From positions 1-34,043 of the forward strand of contig CAWEDJ010000081.1 of the NCBI GenBank assembly GCA_963807635.1: a stretch of DNA of 34,043 bases, given 5' to 3'. Position 1 is the first letter of the stretch, and the number at the start of each line of letters is the position of its first letter. The translations under genes and the position numbers were made by a program. Shown in pieces: positions 10,594 to 21,033 of this stretch. This DNA is from an uncultured cyanobacterium (GTDB lineage: Bacteria; Cyanobacteriota; Cyanobacteriia; Cyanobacteriales; Microcystaceae). The notes below the pieces were generated by a model. That model saw only the letters and a program-made list of their open reading frames with translations. It was not told where the DNA came from and did no database searches.

Positions 10594-10762
10594 CCTATTA
10601 TATCATCTTATTCCTTTTGTCAATCTATTTGTCGTAATTGTTAATCTAATGTAAAAAAAGATGAATTATTCCTAAGATTCTCTATATATTTGATTTAAAG
10701 TGCAGGGTTTTCGCTATGGTAAAATCTTAGAGAACGTGATTACAAAGATAAGGAATTTTGGT

Positions 10763-11086
10763 ATGAGTGCTTCAGTTCCCGTTACCGATGCAAGTTTCGA
10801 CGCAGATGTTTTAAAGAGTGAACTCCCTGTTCTAGTTGACTTCTGGGCACCCTGGTGTGGCCCTTGTCGGCTAGTTGGGCCAGTGGTGGACGAAATCGCT
10901 GAGCAGTACAAGGGTCAGGTAAAAGTGGTCAAGGTTAATACGGATGAAAATCCTAACACCGCGACCAACTACGGTATCCGCAGTATTCCTACCTTGATGA
11001 TCTTTAAAGATGGTCAGAAGGTCGGTACGATTGTTGGAGCCGTTCCTAAAACTACCTTGGCTACTACTTTGGAGCAACACATTTAG
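10763..11086 (+). CDS. trxA: Thioredoxin (m-type)
   Basis: WCGPC active site, [12 protein letters not shown] at 10763 preceded by AGGA. Confidence 0.95.
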   Translation: MSASVPVTDASFDADVLKSELPVLVDFWAPWCGPCRLVGPVVDEIAEQYKGQVKVVKVNTDENPNTATNYGIRSIPTLMIFKDGQKVGTIVGAVPKTTLATTLEQHI

Positions 11087-11209
11087 ATAATTACTAGCGA
11101 CGTTTTTGGTCTATCCGTTGGTAATTTTGTTTGGGGCAAGGGAGATGACTAGAAAGCTCTCCTCCTTTGTCTTAAATTTTTTTAATTGTTTTTTAAAAGA
11201 TTTAATATA

Positions 11210-11857
11210 ATGCTTGTTAATAATACCGATTTCTCCCCTGTAATTCCTTTAGACAAAATTCGTTATAACGATCAGGGTTTGGTTCCTGCGATCGCGCAAG
11301 ATTACCTAGACGGCACAGTGCTGATGATGGCGTGGATGAGTCGTGAGTCGTTAGCAAAAACTTTAGAGACGGGAGAAACCTGGTATTGGAGCCGTTCTCG
11401 TCAGGAATTATGGCACAAAGGAGCGACATCGGGACATATTCAGCGCGTTAAGGGTATTCGCTACGATTGTGACAGTGATGCGTTATTGATGACGGTGGAG
11501 CAATTGGGGGATATTGCTTGCCATACGGGGGAACGTAGTTGTTTTCATCAAGTTGATCAACAAAAAATTGCACCGCCTGCCGATATGTTATCTGAGGTTT
11601 TTGCGGTGATTCGCGATCGCCGAGATAATCCTAGTGAGAGTTCCTATACCAGCAAATTATTAGCGGGGGGCGACAATAAAATTCTCAAAAAAATTGGTGA
11701 AGAGGCCGCCGAAGTCGTTATGGCTTGTAAAGATGATGACAGTGATGCGATCGCGGGAGAAGTGGCGGATTTGTTTTACCATAGCCTCGTTGCGTTAGCT
11801 TATCATGGGGTTGAATTGCGAGATGTCTATCGTAAATTAGCAGAACGCCGACGGTAA
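11210..11857 (+). CDS. hisIE: Bifunctional phosphoribosyl-AMP cyclohydrolase / phosphoribosyl-ATP pyrophosphatase
   Basis: [49 protein letters not shown]. Confidence 0.96.
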   Translation: MLVNNTDFSPVIPLDKIRYNDQGLVPAIAQDYLDGTVLMMAWMSRESLAKTLETGETWYWSRSRQELWHKGATSGHIQRVKGIRYDCDSDALLMTVEQLGDIACHTGERSCFHQVDQQKIAPPADMLSEVFAVIRDRRDNPSESSYTSKLLAGGDNKILKKIGEEAAEVVMACKDDDSDAIAGEVADLFYHSLVALAYHGVELRDVYRKLAERRR

Positions 11858-11859
11858 AA

Positions 11860-12347
11860 TTAACTAATCTGATTTCGTACTCCCTGGAGTCCTGCTAGGG
11901 CAATCCCGATCGCGTCCACACTGTCATCAATGGGTAAATCGGGCAGATTAAAGAAGTTTTGTAAAATTTCTGCTACCTCATCTTTGGTTGCTCGTCCATG
12001 CCCTAGATGACATTTCCAACTGGCTTGATGGAGCATAATCGGTAAACAATTTAACTCGCGATAAATCACTAAATTAATCACTCCCAAGGCTTGCATTACT
12101 CCTCCTGCCGCTTTGATTTGCCGACTAAAATAGGGCATTTCAATGGCAACTTGATCGGGTCGAAATCCTGGGCGATCGCCGTCATATCGTCAGCAATTTC
12201 TAACAGTCGGGCGGGAGTCGGAATGCCCTTATGGGTTTCAATGGTTCCGTAATCTATTAACAATGGTTCTTTAGGTTCATGATCTTCTAAAATCGCCCAA
12301 CCAATAATCGCCAATCCTGGATCAATTCCTAACCATCGTTTTTTCAT
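11860..12347 (-). CDS. ruvC: Holliday junction resolvase RuvC (one frameshift near 12155, likely sequencing error)
   Basis: WLGIDPGLA.IGW in the 5' fragment; (D)QVAIEMPYF, GRATKDEV and DDSVDAIGIA in the shifted frame. Confidence 0.85.
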
Positions 12348-12570
12348 TGTTTATAAACATCGGGAATACTTTCCCTGAAAATACTGTTATAGCCGTTTTT
12401 CCATTGTACTTTTAGCTGAATCTATCTGAACGGCGATCGCGGTTTTGGCTTCTACTCAAACCGATGGTTTTACTTCTCTTAACAAGAGTCAAGGTAACAA
12501 ATTAATTCTCTTGATACGACATTTTCTTCAATCTAGTTTAAAATTACAATTAAGTTAGGAGAAAAATTTT

Positions 12571-12717
12571 ATGGCTATCACAGAAAAACCCCTTCAAAAA
12601 ACTGACACACAAAACAATATTCCAGATCAGCAAAACGCAAAAGATGAAGATGTTCGTCGTATAGTCGAGCAAATCAGGAAAGATTACGCAAATACACTGA
12701 TTGAACTAGCGAAATGA
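12571..12717 (+). CDS. Small putative antitoxin (48 aa), below the ORF-track cutoff
   Basis: AGGAGA RBS; MAITEKPLQKTDTQNNIPDQQNAKDEDVRRIVEQIRKDYANTLIELAK; stop overlaps the doc start (ATGA); C-terminal Y...L.ELAK resembles antitoxins paired with Doc. Confidence 0.7.
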   Translation: MAITEKPLQKTDTQNNIPDQQNAKDEDVRRIVEQIRKDYANTLIELAK

Positions 12718-13118
12718 TTGAATCACTCCAGTGGCTCACCTTAGATCAAGTTTTAGAGATTAACCAAGGTGAGCTTGAACTCAATCGAAAAGAGGATGGT
12801 TTACGGGATAAAGGACTTCTGCTTTCAGCCCTAAATCGCCCTTTTAATATGCTGAACTATGGTAGATACGCTGATATTCCCGCATTAAGTGCTGTCTATG
12901 CTACTGGGATTATCCAAAATCATCCTTTTATTGACGGTAATAAGAGAACAGGTTTCTTGACTTCCGTAACTTTTTTGATTTTGAATGGGTTTCGATTTGA
13001 CGCTACTGAAAAAGATGCGGCAGAGATTTTTTTAAAACTTGCAAATAATGAAATTGACGAAGAAAAGCTGGTTAATTGGTTTCGTGCTAACTCATCAGAA
13101 ATATTGAATAAAATCTAA
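12714..13118 (+). CDS. doc: Doc (death-on-curing) family Fic-fold toxin
   Basis: GLRDKGLLLSALNRP and HPFIDGNKRTG Doc-type motif. Confidence 0.9.
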   Translation: MIESLQWLTLDQVLEINQGELELNRKEDGLRDKGLLLSALNRPFNMLNYGRYADIPALSAVYATGIIQNHPFIDGNKRTGFLTSVTFLILNGFRFDATEKDAAEIFLKLANNEIDEEKLVNWFRANSSEILNKI

Positions 13119-13149
13119 ACTCTTTCAGCAAATTCTCTGGGCATTAATT

Positions 13150-13929
13150 CTAGGGAACTAATTGCATTCTTTCATTAAAGAAACGTCGATAAACCCCCTC
13201 AGTTACCAAAATCGCTGTCATTAAATTGGCGAGGGCAATCATAAATAAAATTAAAATTTGATAGGACACCGCATTCAGGGGATCAATGCCTGCTAACACT
13301 TGTCCTGTGAACATTCCAGGTAAACTCACGATCCCGACGACCATCATTTGATTCAGGGTCGGGATTAGACTGGCTCGAATGGCGGTTTTTTGATAGGTTG
13401 CGATCGCCTGCTTGGAAGTTGCCCCCAGACAAAGATGGGTTTCAACTTCGCGCTGATTTTGTTGGATTAAACTGACTAAACGCTCTCCTGCGAGAGAAGC
13501 CCCATTCATCGCATTACCCAAAACCATGCCCGCTAAGGGAATTAAATATTGGGGAGAATACCAGTCGGGCGGTTGAATAATTAATAAAATGGCGTAACCG
13601 ATGGTCAGGCTGGTACTGACAAAAATAGAACTCCAGACTAGGGGAAATAGGAGCTTTTAACTGCTGACTGATGCGATTCTTCCGACAATAGCCGCAATGG
13701 TTGACATTACCCCTAAAATCCCTAAAACCGCGAGAGGATGATTAATGGCAAAGATTAACGCCAGAAAATAACCGACGACTAACAATTGCAAGAGCGATCG
13801 CGTCCCGCCGATAAAGAGTTGACCTTCCAAATCCAACCGTTGCCAAAGCGAAAGCGCGATCGCCAAACCAATCAGCCCCAACGTCCAACCCAAGTCCAAC
13901 CAATCCAACTCAATTAAGTCTTGATTCAT
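13150..13929 (-). CDS. UPF0014/FetB-type ABC permease (frameshift near 13680)
   Basis: RSLLQLLVVGY, PQYLIPLAGMVLGNAMN, GIVSLPGMFTGQVLAG.DPL.AV.YQI. Confidence 0.85.
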
Positions 13930-14008
13930 AGGGATTTTTATCCTAACTACCTTTTCATTTTGTCCAAAATTTGCTTTGATTAACTATAGCTGTTTATCAT
14001 AAAAGCGC

Positions 14009-15130
14009 GTGAAGAAGATCCCCCCCGTCGATCAGCCCGTCAGTACCAACAAATTGCCCAAGAAACCGATGCTGCTATTCTGGCGGTATTAAAATCTGGA
14101 TATTATATCGGCGACTTCGTCGTCGTAATTTGAACAGCAGTTTGCAGAATATGTCGGTACGAGCCACGCCATTGGCTGTAATTCGGGAACGGATGCCCTC
14201 TATCTAGCGGTATTAGCCCTAGAAATTGGCCAGGGGACGAAGTGATCACCCCTTCCTTTACTTTTTTTGCAACGGCGGAAATGGTTTCCCAGACGGGCGC
14301 AACCCCTGTGTTTGTGGATATTGACCCCCTCACCTTTAATCTCGATCCCCACAAATTAAGAGCGGGCCATTACCCCGAAAACCAAGGCAATTATTCCTGT
14401 TCATCTTTTTGGGCAACCCGTTGATATGGGAATAGTCATGGCGATCGCCGAAAAACATCATCTTTTTGTCATTGAAGACTGCGCCCAGGCAACGGGGGCA
14501 AAATGGCAGGATAAACAGGTCGGCAGTTGGGGACATATCAATGCGTTTAGTTTCTTTCCGACGAAAAATCTCGGTGGCTGTGGAGACGGTGGAGCGGTAA
14601 CGACCAATGATCCCGTCCTGGCTGACAAAGTGCGGATGCTCAAGGAACACGGCAGTCGTCAACGTTATTTTCATGAAGCGATCGGCATTAATAGTCGTTT
14701 AGATGCTCTTCAAGCGGCGATTTTACAAATTAAATTGCGCTATTTGGATGAATGGAATCAGCAAAGACAGCAAGCGGACCAACTCTATACCGAATTATTA
14801 AACCCTATTCCCCATCTCATTGTGCCAACCGAAATTGACGGCGGAGAACACGTTTGGAATCAATACACCATTCGGATTCAAAATAATGATTCCCAGGGAA
14901 TAAACCGTGACCGCGTGCGAGAAAAACTTCAGGAATCAGGGGTTCTTTCCATGATTTATTACCCTATTCCCCTCCATTTACAAGTTGTTTATCAAACTTT
15001 AGGCTATCCCCTCGGCTCATTCCCCCAGACCGAAGCGATCGCCGAACAGGTTTTATCTCTGCCCATGTTCCCTGGCATTAATATCGAAGAACAAAAACAG
15101 GTTGCCTACGCCTTAAAAGAAATTCTTTAA
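14009..15130 (+). CDS. DegT/DnrJ/EryC1/StrS PLP-dependent sugar aminotransferase (several frameshifts in the 5' third)
   Basis: Fragments NSGTDAL, FTFFATAE, PVHLFGQP, IEDCAQA, SFFPTKNLG, NSRLDALQAA, LSLPMFP. Confidence 0.9.
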
Positions 15131-15142
15131 CATTTCTGAAAT

Positions 15143-16122
15143 ATGAAAAAAAATCCGTTATTGATAAATCAAAATCGACCATTTGAGCCAGAATCATTTT
15201 TAATTTTAGTGGTAGATGATGTTACTAAAAATTTGCAGTTAGTAATGGAGATTTTAGAACAAATTGGCTATGAAACAACCTTTGCTACGAGTGGAACAAA
15301 AGCATTGGAAAGGCTGAAAACGGTAAAACCCGACTTAATTTTACTCGATTTAATGATGCCCGATATGGGAGGACTAGAAGTCTGCGAAATTCTTAAAGCC
15401 AATCCACAATATCGAAAAATCCCCGTTATTTTCCTAACCGCCAGCAATGAACAAGAAAGTCTAATTGACGCTTTTGCAAAAGGTGCAGTGGATTACGTCA
15501 CAAAACCCTTTCATTCTGCTGAATTATTGGCCAGTGTGAGGACTCATCTAGAATTAAAACAAGCTCGTGATGCTCTCCATGAAGCCTATGAAGCCTTGGA
15601 ACGTTTAGTTGTTATTGATCCCTTAACAGGAGTTTCTAATCGTCGAGCAATTGATACCTTCGCTCAAGAAGAATATGACCGCGCTCAACGGTATAAAACT
15701 CACTTTTCGGTATTGATGATTGATTTAGATCATTTCAAAAACGTCAATGACCTCTATGGTCACTATATTGGCGATGAATGTCTCAAAATAGTTGCTGAAA
15801 AGCTGGATAATTCATTGCGGACGGTGGATCAGTTTGGACGCTTTGGCGCGCGAAGAATTTATTGCCATTTTACCCGAAACGAGTTTAACGGAAGCGATAA
15901 AAGTCGCAGAAAGACTTCGGCATTGCCGTTAATCAGCTTGTTCCTGATATTAAAAATTTTTCTTCCTCTCTTTCTGTGAGTATTGGTGTGTCTGGCTTTC
16001 AGGAAAAGGATGAATTTCCGATGGATATTTTTAAACGGGCGGATAAGGCTCTTTACGAAGCCAAAGAAATGGGTCGTAATTTGGTGAGCGAATCCCAGCG
16101 AAGTTTCTGCTTGAATCTTTAA
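15143..16122 (+). CDS. Response regulator (REC)-diguanylate cyclase (GGDEF); frameshifts near 15849 and 15921
   Basis: VVDD, DLMMP and KPF receiver motifs; DPLTG, DLDHFKNVND.YGH..GD; R-F-G-[indel]-EEF; SIGV, RADKALYEAK..GRN downstream. Confidence 0.85.
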
Positions 16123-16183
16123 AAATATCTCAAATAAACAAATTTTCAAAATTTATAGGGAAAATTTCACCAATATCCTGATC

Positions 16184-16215
16184 TTTGACGTTATTGTCAA
16201 ATTAGGGACTACAAT
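16184..16215 (+). promoter_or_regulatory. Candidate promoter with overlapping palindromic operator
   Basis: TTTGAC-GTTATT-GTCAAA inverted repeat (16184-16201); TTGACG (16185-16190) and TACAAT (16210-16215) separated by 19 bp. Confidence 0.5.
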
Positions 16216-16280
16216 TTGAGGACAGGCTGAATTTTTGCTTTTGTCTGCTTTCTCAAAACCTAGTCCAGAGTATTATTGCC

Positions 16281-17531
16281 GTGATTAATCGTTCCTTGGC
16301 AACTGCATTAACCCTCATCGGTCTAGTGAGTCTGACTCCACTTTTCGCTTCTCAGACCGCCGCGAATCCTTCCCAAACCGAATCCAACTCGACCCGTAAC
16401 TAAGCTCGATTTACCACCTCTTCCTCCAGAAATCCCTGAATGGATGGATAACAAGGACAAAAATCATATTTATCGTCAACGGGGAGTTTATAACGATGCC
16501 ATTTATCATGTGCCAGAATTAGCTTCTTGATCTGAATGCGGTGGCAGTGGGTCACGCCTTAGCCTATGAGGATTTGGTGACAGGAAAGGCTGATGGCTTA
16601 GAAAGTCAGACTTTTGAGCAGATTGATCGGGTTTTAAAGAATCCCCCTCGTTTTATGCCCGATGAAGCCAATATTTCCCCGACTTTTGGTCGTCTTTACG
16701 GAGTGTTGGAACAGGTTTTTGATTGGACACACATTCTCCATGCCCAAACCTTTGACGTTTTGGCGAGTCCTGATCTGACGGATGCGGAAAAAGATGCGGA
16801 AATTGAGCGACTTTATCAGTTTTATTTAACCTCGGTTCCCTACGCGATAACGGGGTTGCCGATGAATATGGGTTATTTGGATTCCCAACCCTATTCCAAA
16901 GCTTTTTCGCAAAAAATATCCCAAGGTGAATGGTTTGTTTTGGGGCTATCACTGGTTACAGGGTTCGGTTTATGATTTGCTAACGGGAAAAACGTCTGCC
17001 GAGCAAAATAAACTTTATGCCACGATGGGGAAGCAATATCGTCAGGTTGAACTCTATCGCCGCGATCGCGAATTTATGCCGATGTTTGCCGAGGTAAGCC
17101 CTAAATTTGCGGCCCGTTTTCCTCAAATTTCCAACACTTTTGATAATTTGCATATGCTCCACGATATGGTCAATGATATTTTGGCAAGACAAACATGACG
17201 GAAGAGATCAAACAAAAGAGCAGATGCAACAGCAATTTCGCATTGAGATGACGAATCATACAAATGAGGAATCAGGGAAACGGGGGCGATGGATTACACG
17301 ATACTATCGACTGCTTTGTGGAAGGCATCCGGCATGGGGTTAATGCCCGCTACGTGAAATCCTGGAAACCATTCGGCTGCCCTCTTCTCCTGAAAAGTGG
17401 ATAACAGTGAACATGAACGTCCGGCAAAGAGACATTCCGATGCCATAAAAGAAGATAGCAGTGAACGCAGCATCCCAGCAGAAGAACATTCCGATGCCGT
17501 CAAAAAACGAGCAGAATAGCATAAGCATTAA
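16281..17531 (+). CDS. Uncharacterized secreted His-cluster protein, fragmented by multiple indels
   Basis: Signal-peptide-like MINRSLATALTLIGLVSLTPLFASQTAA; consecutive frame-shifted segments with AVGHALAYE, FDWTHILHAQTFD, GYHWLQ, FDNLHMLHDMVND; His/Glu/Asp-rich tail ending HKH. Confidence 0.6.
17403..17507 (+). repeat. Imperfect 54-bp (18-codon) tandem repeat
   Basis: CAGTGAAC at 17405 and 17459, ACATTCCGATGCC at 17432 and 17486, both 54 bp apart; reads NSEHERPAKRHSDAIKED / SSERSIPAEEHSDAVKK. Confidence 0.7.
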
Positions 17532-17545
17532 ATTGAAGGTCGTTC

Positions 17546-18373
17546 ATGCTCGAATTTGGTTGGTTTCGGGAAAATTTCGCAATAGCTAGAAACTGTATCC
17601 TCCTCAGTTTGGACTTGATTTTATTCAGTCCTGTCGCACCTAGCCGAGCCGTCAATCACAATGAGCCTGGATGAAGGTTTTCTTCCTTTTCCTTTGATGA
17701 TGCCGAAGTTTAGCCTACCAAGAACAGGCCCTGGAACTCGGTACAATCCTGACCATTCCAGAAAATCGAGTCCCTGGGAGCAGCTTTGAACTCGAATATA
17801 TGTATGGTTTTGCCCTCAATAGCCATCTGAGAGTGGGAGTCGAACCCCGTATAGGAGGAAGAGCCGACAGTAACAGTACGGCTTTTGAAGTCGATAATAT
17901 TTCCGTTGGGATTTTTCACAACTTTAATCGAGAGTACGATAACGTGCCTGCTTTTGCTCTGCGGGGAGATGTGGCTGTGGCCACTGGCGTGGATAGTGAA
18001 GGGTTGGATCTTCGTCTTCGGGGAATCGCCAGCAAGATGATCGGCCAATATGACCGCTTGCACCTCAACTTGGATTTGAATCTGACAACGGCAACCGAAA
18101 GCGGCGATCGCTGCCTTTTTTACCCCAGATTATCCTGGTTATTCCCGTCCCTTGGGCTATCCCGAACGCTTTGATCAGACTTTTTTAGCCGAATTAGGCA
18201 TTAAACCCGCTAAGGATATTGGCGGTGGTGCAGTGATTGTGACAGGGATCGGTTTACGTCAACAGGTCGCCTATCAGGGAGTGTTTGATGTGGGTATCCA
18301 GGGACATATTGTGACTTCAGGGGAAGAAAAAAGCGAATTGCGTCTGATTGCGGGTTATTCCATAGGTTTCTAA
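17546..18373 (+). CDS. Putative outer-membrane beta-barrel protein (5' end garbled, frameshift near 18115-18130)
   Basis: Alternating amphipathic strands (YMYGF, ISVGIFHNF, LHLNLDLN, GIGLRQQV, VFDVGIQG) and C-terminal beta-signal LIAGYSIGF. Confidence 0.6.
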
Positions 18374-18641
18374 GATTTCTATCAAAGCGCAAAAAAATGT
18401 CAGATCTTTAGAGTTGCAAAGTCTCCCTGTTGATCAAATCTTTTTCAGATAAGAGAATAGACAAATTGCAACATTTCGTAATCTTTGAGAGGCAAAAGTC
18501 AGGTAATTATGAAGTCTCATAAAGTCTTTGGAACATCTTGAACCCATAGGAGACTAGGAAGTTATAGTGAACCGTAAAGCTGAGAAAACTTTGCGTCATC
18601 TAGCCGCCATTTAGCCTCTTGTTGAGTTGAGATTGCTACCC

Positions 18642-19540
18642 ATGTTGACCTCTTTGTGGTGTTGGAGAGGATCTTTGCCTACCTCGTCCTTGTTTATCTT
18701 TCTGTCTCAGTTAGTGTTGACTTCTACTCTTTCTGTTTCGGCGACTCCCCTTAATCTTTTACCTGATTTTGTTACTGCGCCCCCCGTAAGCATGAATCAG
18801 TTAGCCCTTATTCAATCTCAACCGCCCTTCGATGTATTGCCCGGTTTGCAACAGGCAGAGAACGAAGATCCCCTAAACAGTCCCCATCCCGTTCCTTGGA
18901 ATTGGATGATGAAAACCCAGGAAGAATATAGTCAACAGGGTCGTTCAGGATTACGGTATTATCGCAGTCCCGCTCTGCTTTCTCCTGATGGAAAATATGC
19001 GGCCTACAGTCGGATTGAAATGCGCGCTGAACCTGATTTGTACGCATCCAAGGCTCTCAGTGTGATGTTTTTAGAAAATATTAAAACGGGTGAATTACAG
19101 GTGATTCGTGCGAATTCTCCCATTGCCCTGTATTTAGAGAAGGCGGGTGAAAATAGTGAAGAGATGGCAGGAGTGATTTCTGTGTTGATGCCAGTTTCCT
19201 GGTCTGAGGACGGCGATCGCCTGTTGGCTCGTCAGTTTGAGGGAGCTTTCAGTAGTTCGGATGTCTCAGATTATGCGGTGGTTTGGAATCAGGAGACCAG
19301 AGAAATAAGACTTTAGGAGTCAATACGGAGACAACCGCTACCGATGCGTCAATTTTATTGGGATGGAGCCACACCCAACCCAATCAAGTCTTATTTCGCT
19401 CTGCTAGCTTGGGGGAAGAGACCGAAAGTATTTTCAGTGTGGGTTTAAACGGTCAAACGAATTTAGTCAGTGATGAAGAGGCGGTTATCTACGGTCAATT
19501 AATTAATCGTAGTTGGACAGGCGTTCAAGCACTCCGATAA
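18642..19540 (+). CDS. Conserved hypothetical exported protein (frameshift near 19310)
   Basis: N-terminal hydrophobic segment; propeller-like motifs SPDGKYAAYSR and SWSEDGDRLL; two overlapping ORF fragments. Confidence 0.6.
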
Positions 19541-19557
19541 ATTTCAAAACAAATTCT

Positions 19558-19603
19558 GGCGATCGCGTCTCTCGATTTTTGGTCTGATTCGCGATCGTTT
19601 TTT
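19558..19603 (+). terminator. Possible intrinsic terminator built from HIP1-like arms
   Basis: GGCGATCGCG...CGCGATCGTT stem (22-nt loop) followed by a T run, 17 bp after the stop at 19540. Confidence 0.4.
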
Positions 19604-19676
19604 ATGGGAAAATAGCAGAGTGATTGCCTTAACGAAAACCTCTCGTTCCCCAATCCCTACCAATAATGAACCATGA

Positions 19677-19726
19677 GATCCCCCGCCTTTGGCTTCCCCC
19701 CTTATCAAGGGGGGCTAGGGGGGATC
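19677..19726. repeat. Cyanobacterial REP/MITE-like palindromic repeat
   Basis: GATCCCCC...CCCCCCTTATCAAGGGGGG...GGGGGATC nested inverted repeat; related copy at 5707-5756. Confidence 0.75.
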
Positions 19727-19783
19727 TACTAATAGAATATTCTCGGTTTAATTTGGTATCACCCTTTATTTCCTAAAAATCCT

Positions 19784-20987
19784 ATGCAGTGTCGTGTTTG
19801 TGACTCAACTAACCTCGAATTAGCCGTTGATCTGGGTTCCCAGCCCTGGTGCAATCATTTTCTGAAGCCAGAAGAAGTCGGACAAGAACCCTACTATCCC
19901 TTACGAGTCCTTTATTGTCATGACTGCGCCACCGTGCAATTGGATTATACGGTGAAAAAAGAGGTGATGTTTGGCGATCACACCTACCTGTCGGGAGTCA
20001 CAAAATCCTTGAGTCAACACTTCAAAAACGTCGCCGAGGAAATTGATGAAACGTTTTTTAAAAATACTGTTGATAAATCAGTTTTAGATATTGGCTCCAA
20101 TGATGGAACTCAGTTAAAACATTTTCAATCTTTGGGCTATGACGTTTTAGGGGTTGAATCTTCCATTAAAACCGCGAAAATTGCCAATGATGCAGGTGTT
20201 CCGACCCTCAATGAATTTTTTAATTTAGAAATTGTTAAAAAACTCAATCGTCAGTTCCATGTCATCAATGCCGCAGGGGTTTTCTTTCATTTAGAAGAAC
20301 TGCATTCTGTGACGGAAGGAATCAAAGGCCGCTCTACGGGAAGATGGGGTTTTTGTCGTTCAATTCCTTTATATGAAACGAATCGTTGAAAATCTTGCCT
20401 TTGATCAGATTTATCACGAACATCTACTGTATTACAATCTAAAAACCATTGAAGTTTTGCTCAATCGTCATGGTTTATCCATGTTTGATGCCTATTTATC
20501 GCCAATTCATGGGGGATCAATTATTGGTTTCGTGACTCACCAAGGCACCAAAGAACCCAGCGATCGCCTAACAGCAATGCGAGAAGCAGAAGTCACTGAA
20601 AAAAGCAATGAATTTACAACTTACCTAGAGTTTGCTAAACGAATTGAGCAAATGAAAAAGGAAAATCTCGCCTATTTGTCCCAAGCAAAAGCCGCAGGAA
20701 AAAGCATTTGGGGATTTGGTGCGCCTGTAAAAGGCAATACCCTACTCAACTATTTTGGCATTGGAACCCAATACTTAGATTATTTAGTTGAAAAAAATGA
20801 ACTTCGTCGGGGTTTATATTCGCCAGGAATGCACATTCCTTTAGTGATTGAAGGAGAATTAGACAAGTTACCTGATATTTATTATGTTTTAGCTTGGAAT
20901 TTTAAACGGGAAATTTTAGCGAATAATCAAGCACTGATTGCTCAGGGAGTAGAATTTTATTTTCCTGTTAATCCTCCTGATGCTTAG
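19784..20987 (+). CDS. NDP-sugar C-methyltransferase-like SAM-dependent enzyme (frameshift near 20326)
   Basis: Zn-binding CRVC...CHDC, DIGSNDG SAM motif, QIYHEH, IHGGS, GAPVKGNTLLNY, LAWNF. Confidence 0.85.
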
Positions 20988-21033
20988 GTTTATGGGGAGA
21001 TTCACAAGATCTTCTATGAATCCAGCATTGGCT

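Noticed and set aside
10417..10654. Two short plus-strand ORFs (75 and 74 aa)
   Set aside because: They overlap the Yfr1 sRNA and its promoter and have no protein-like features.
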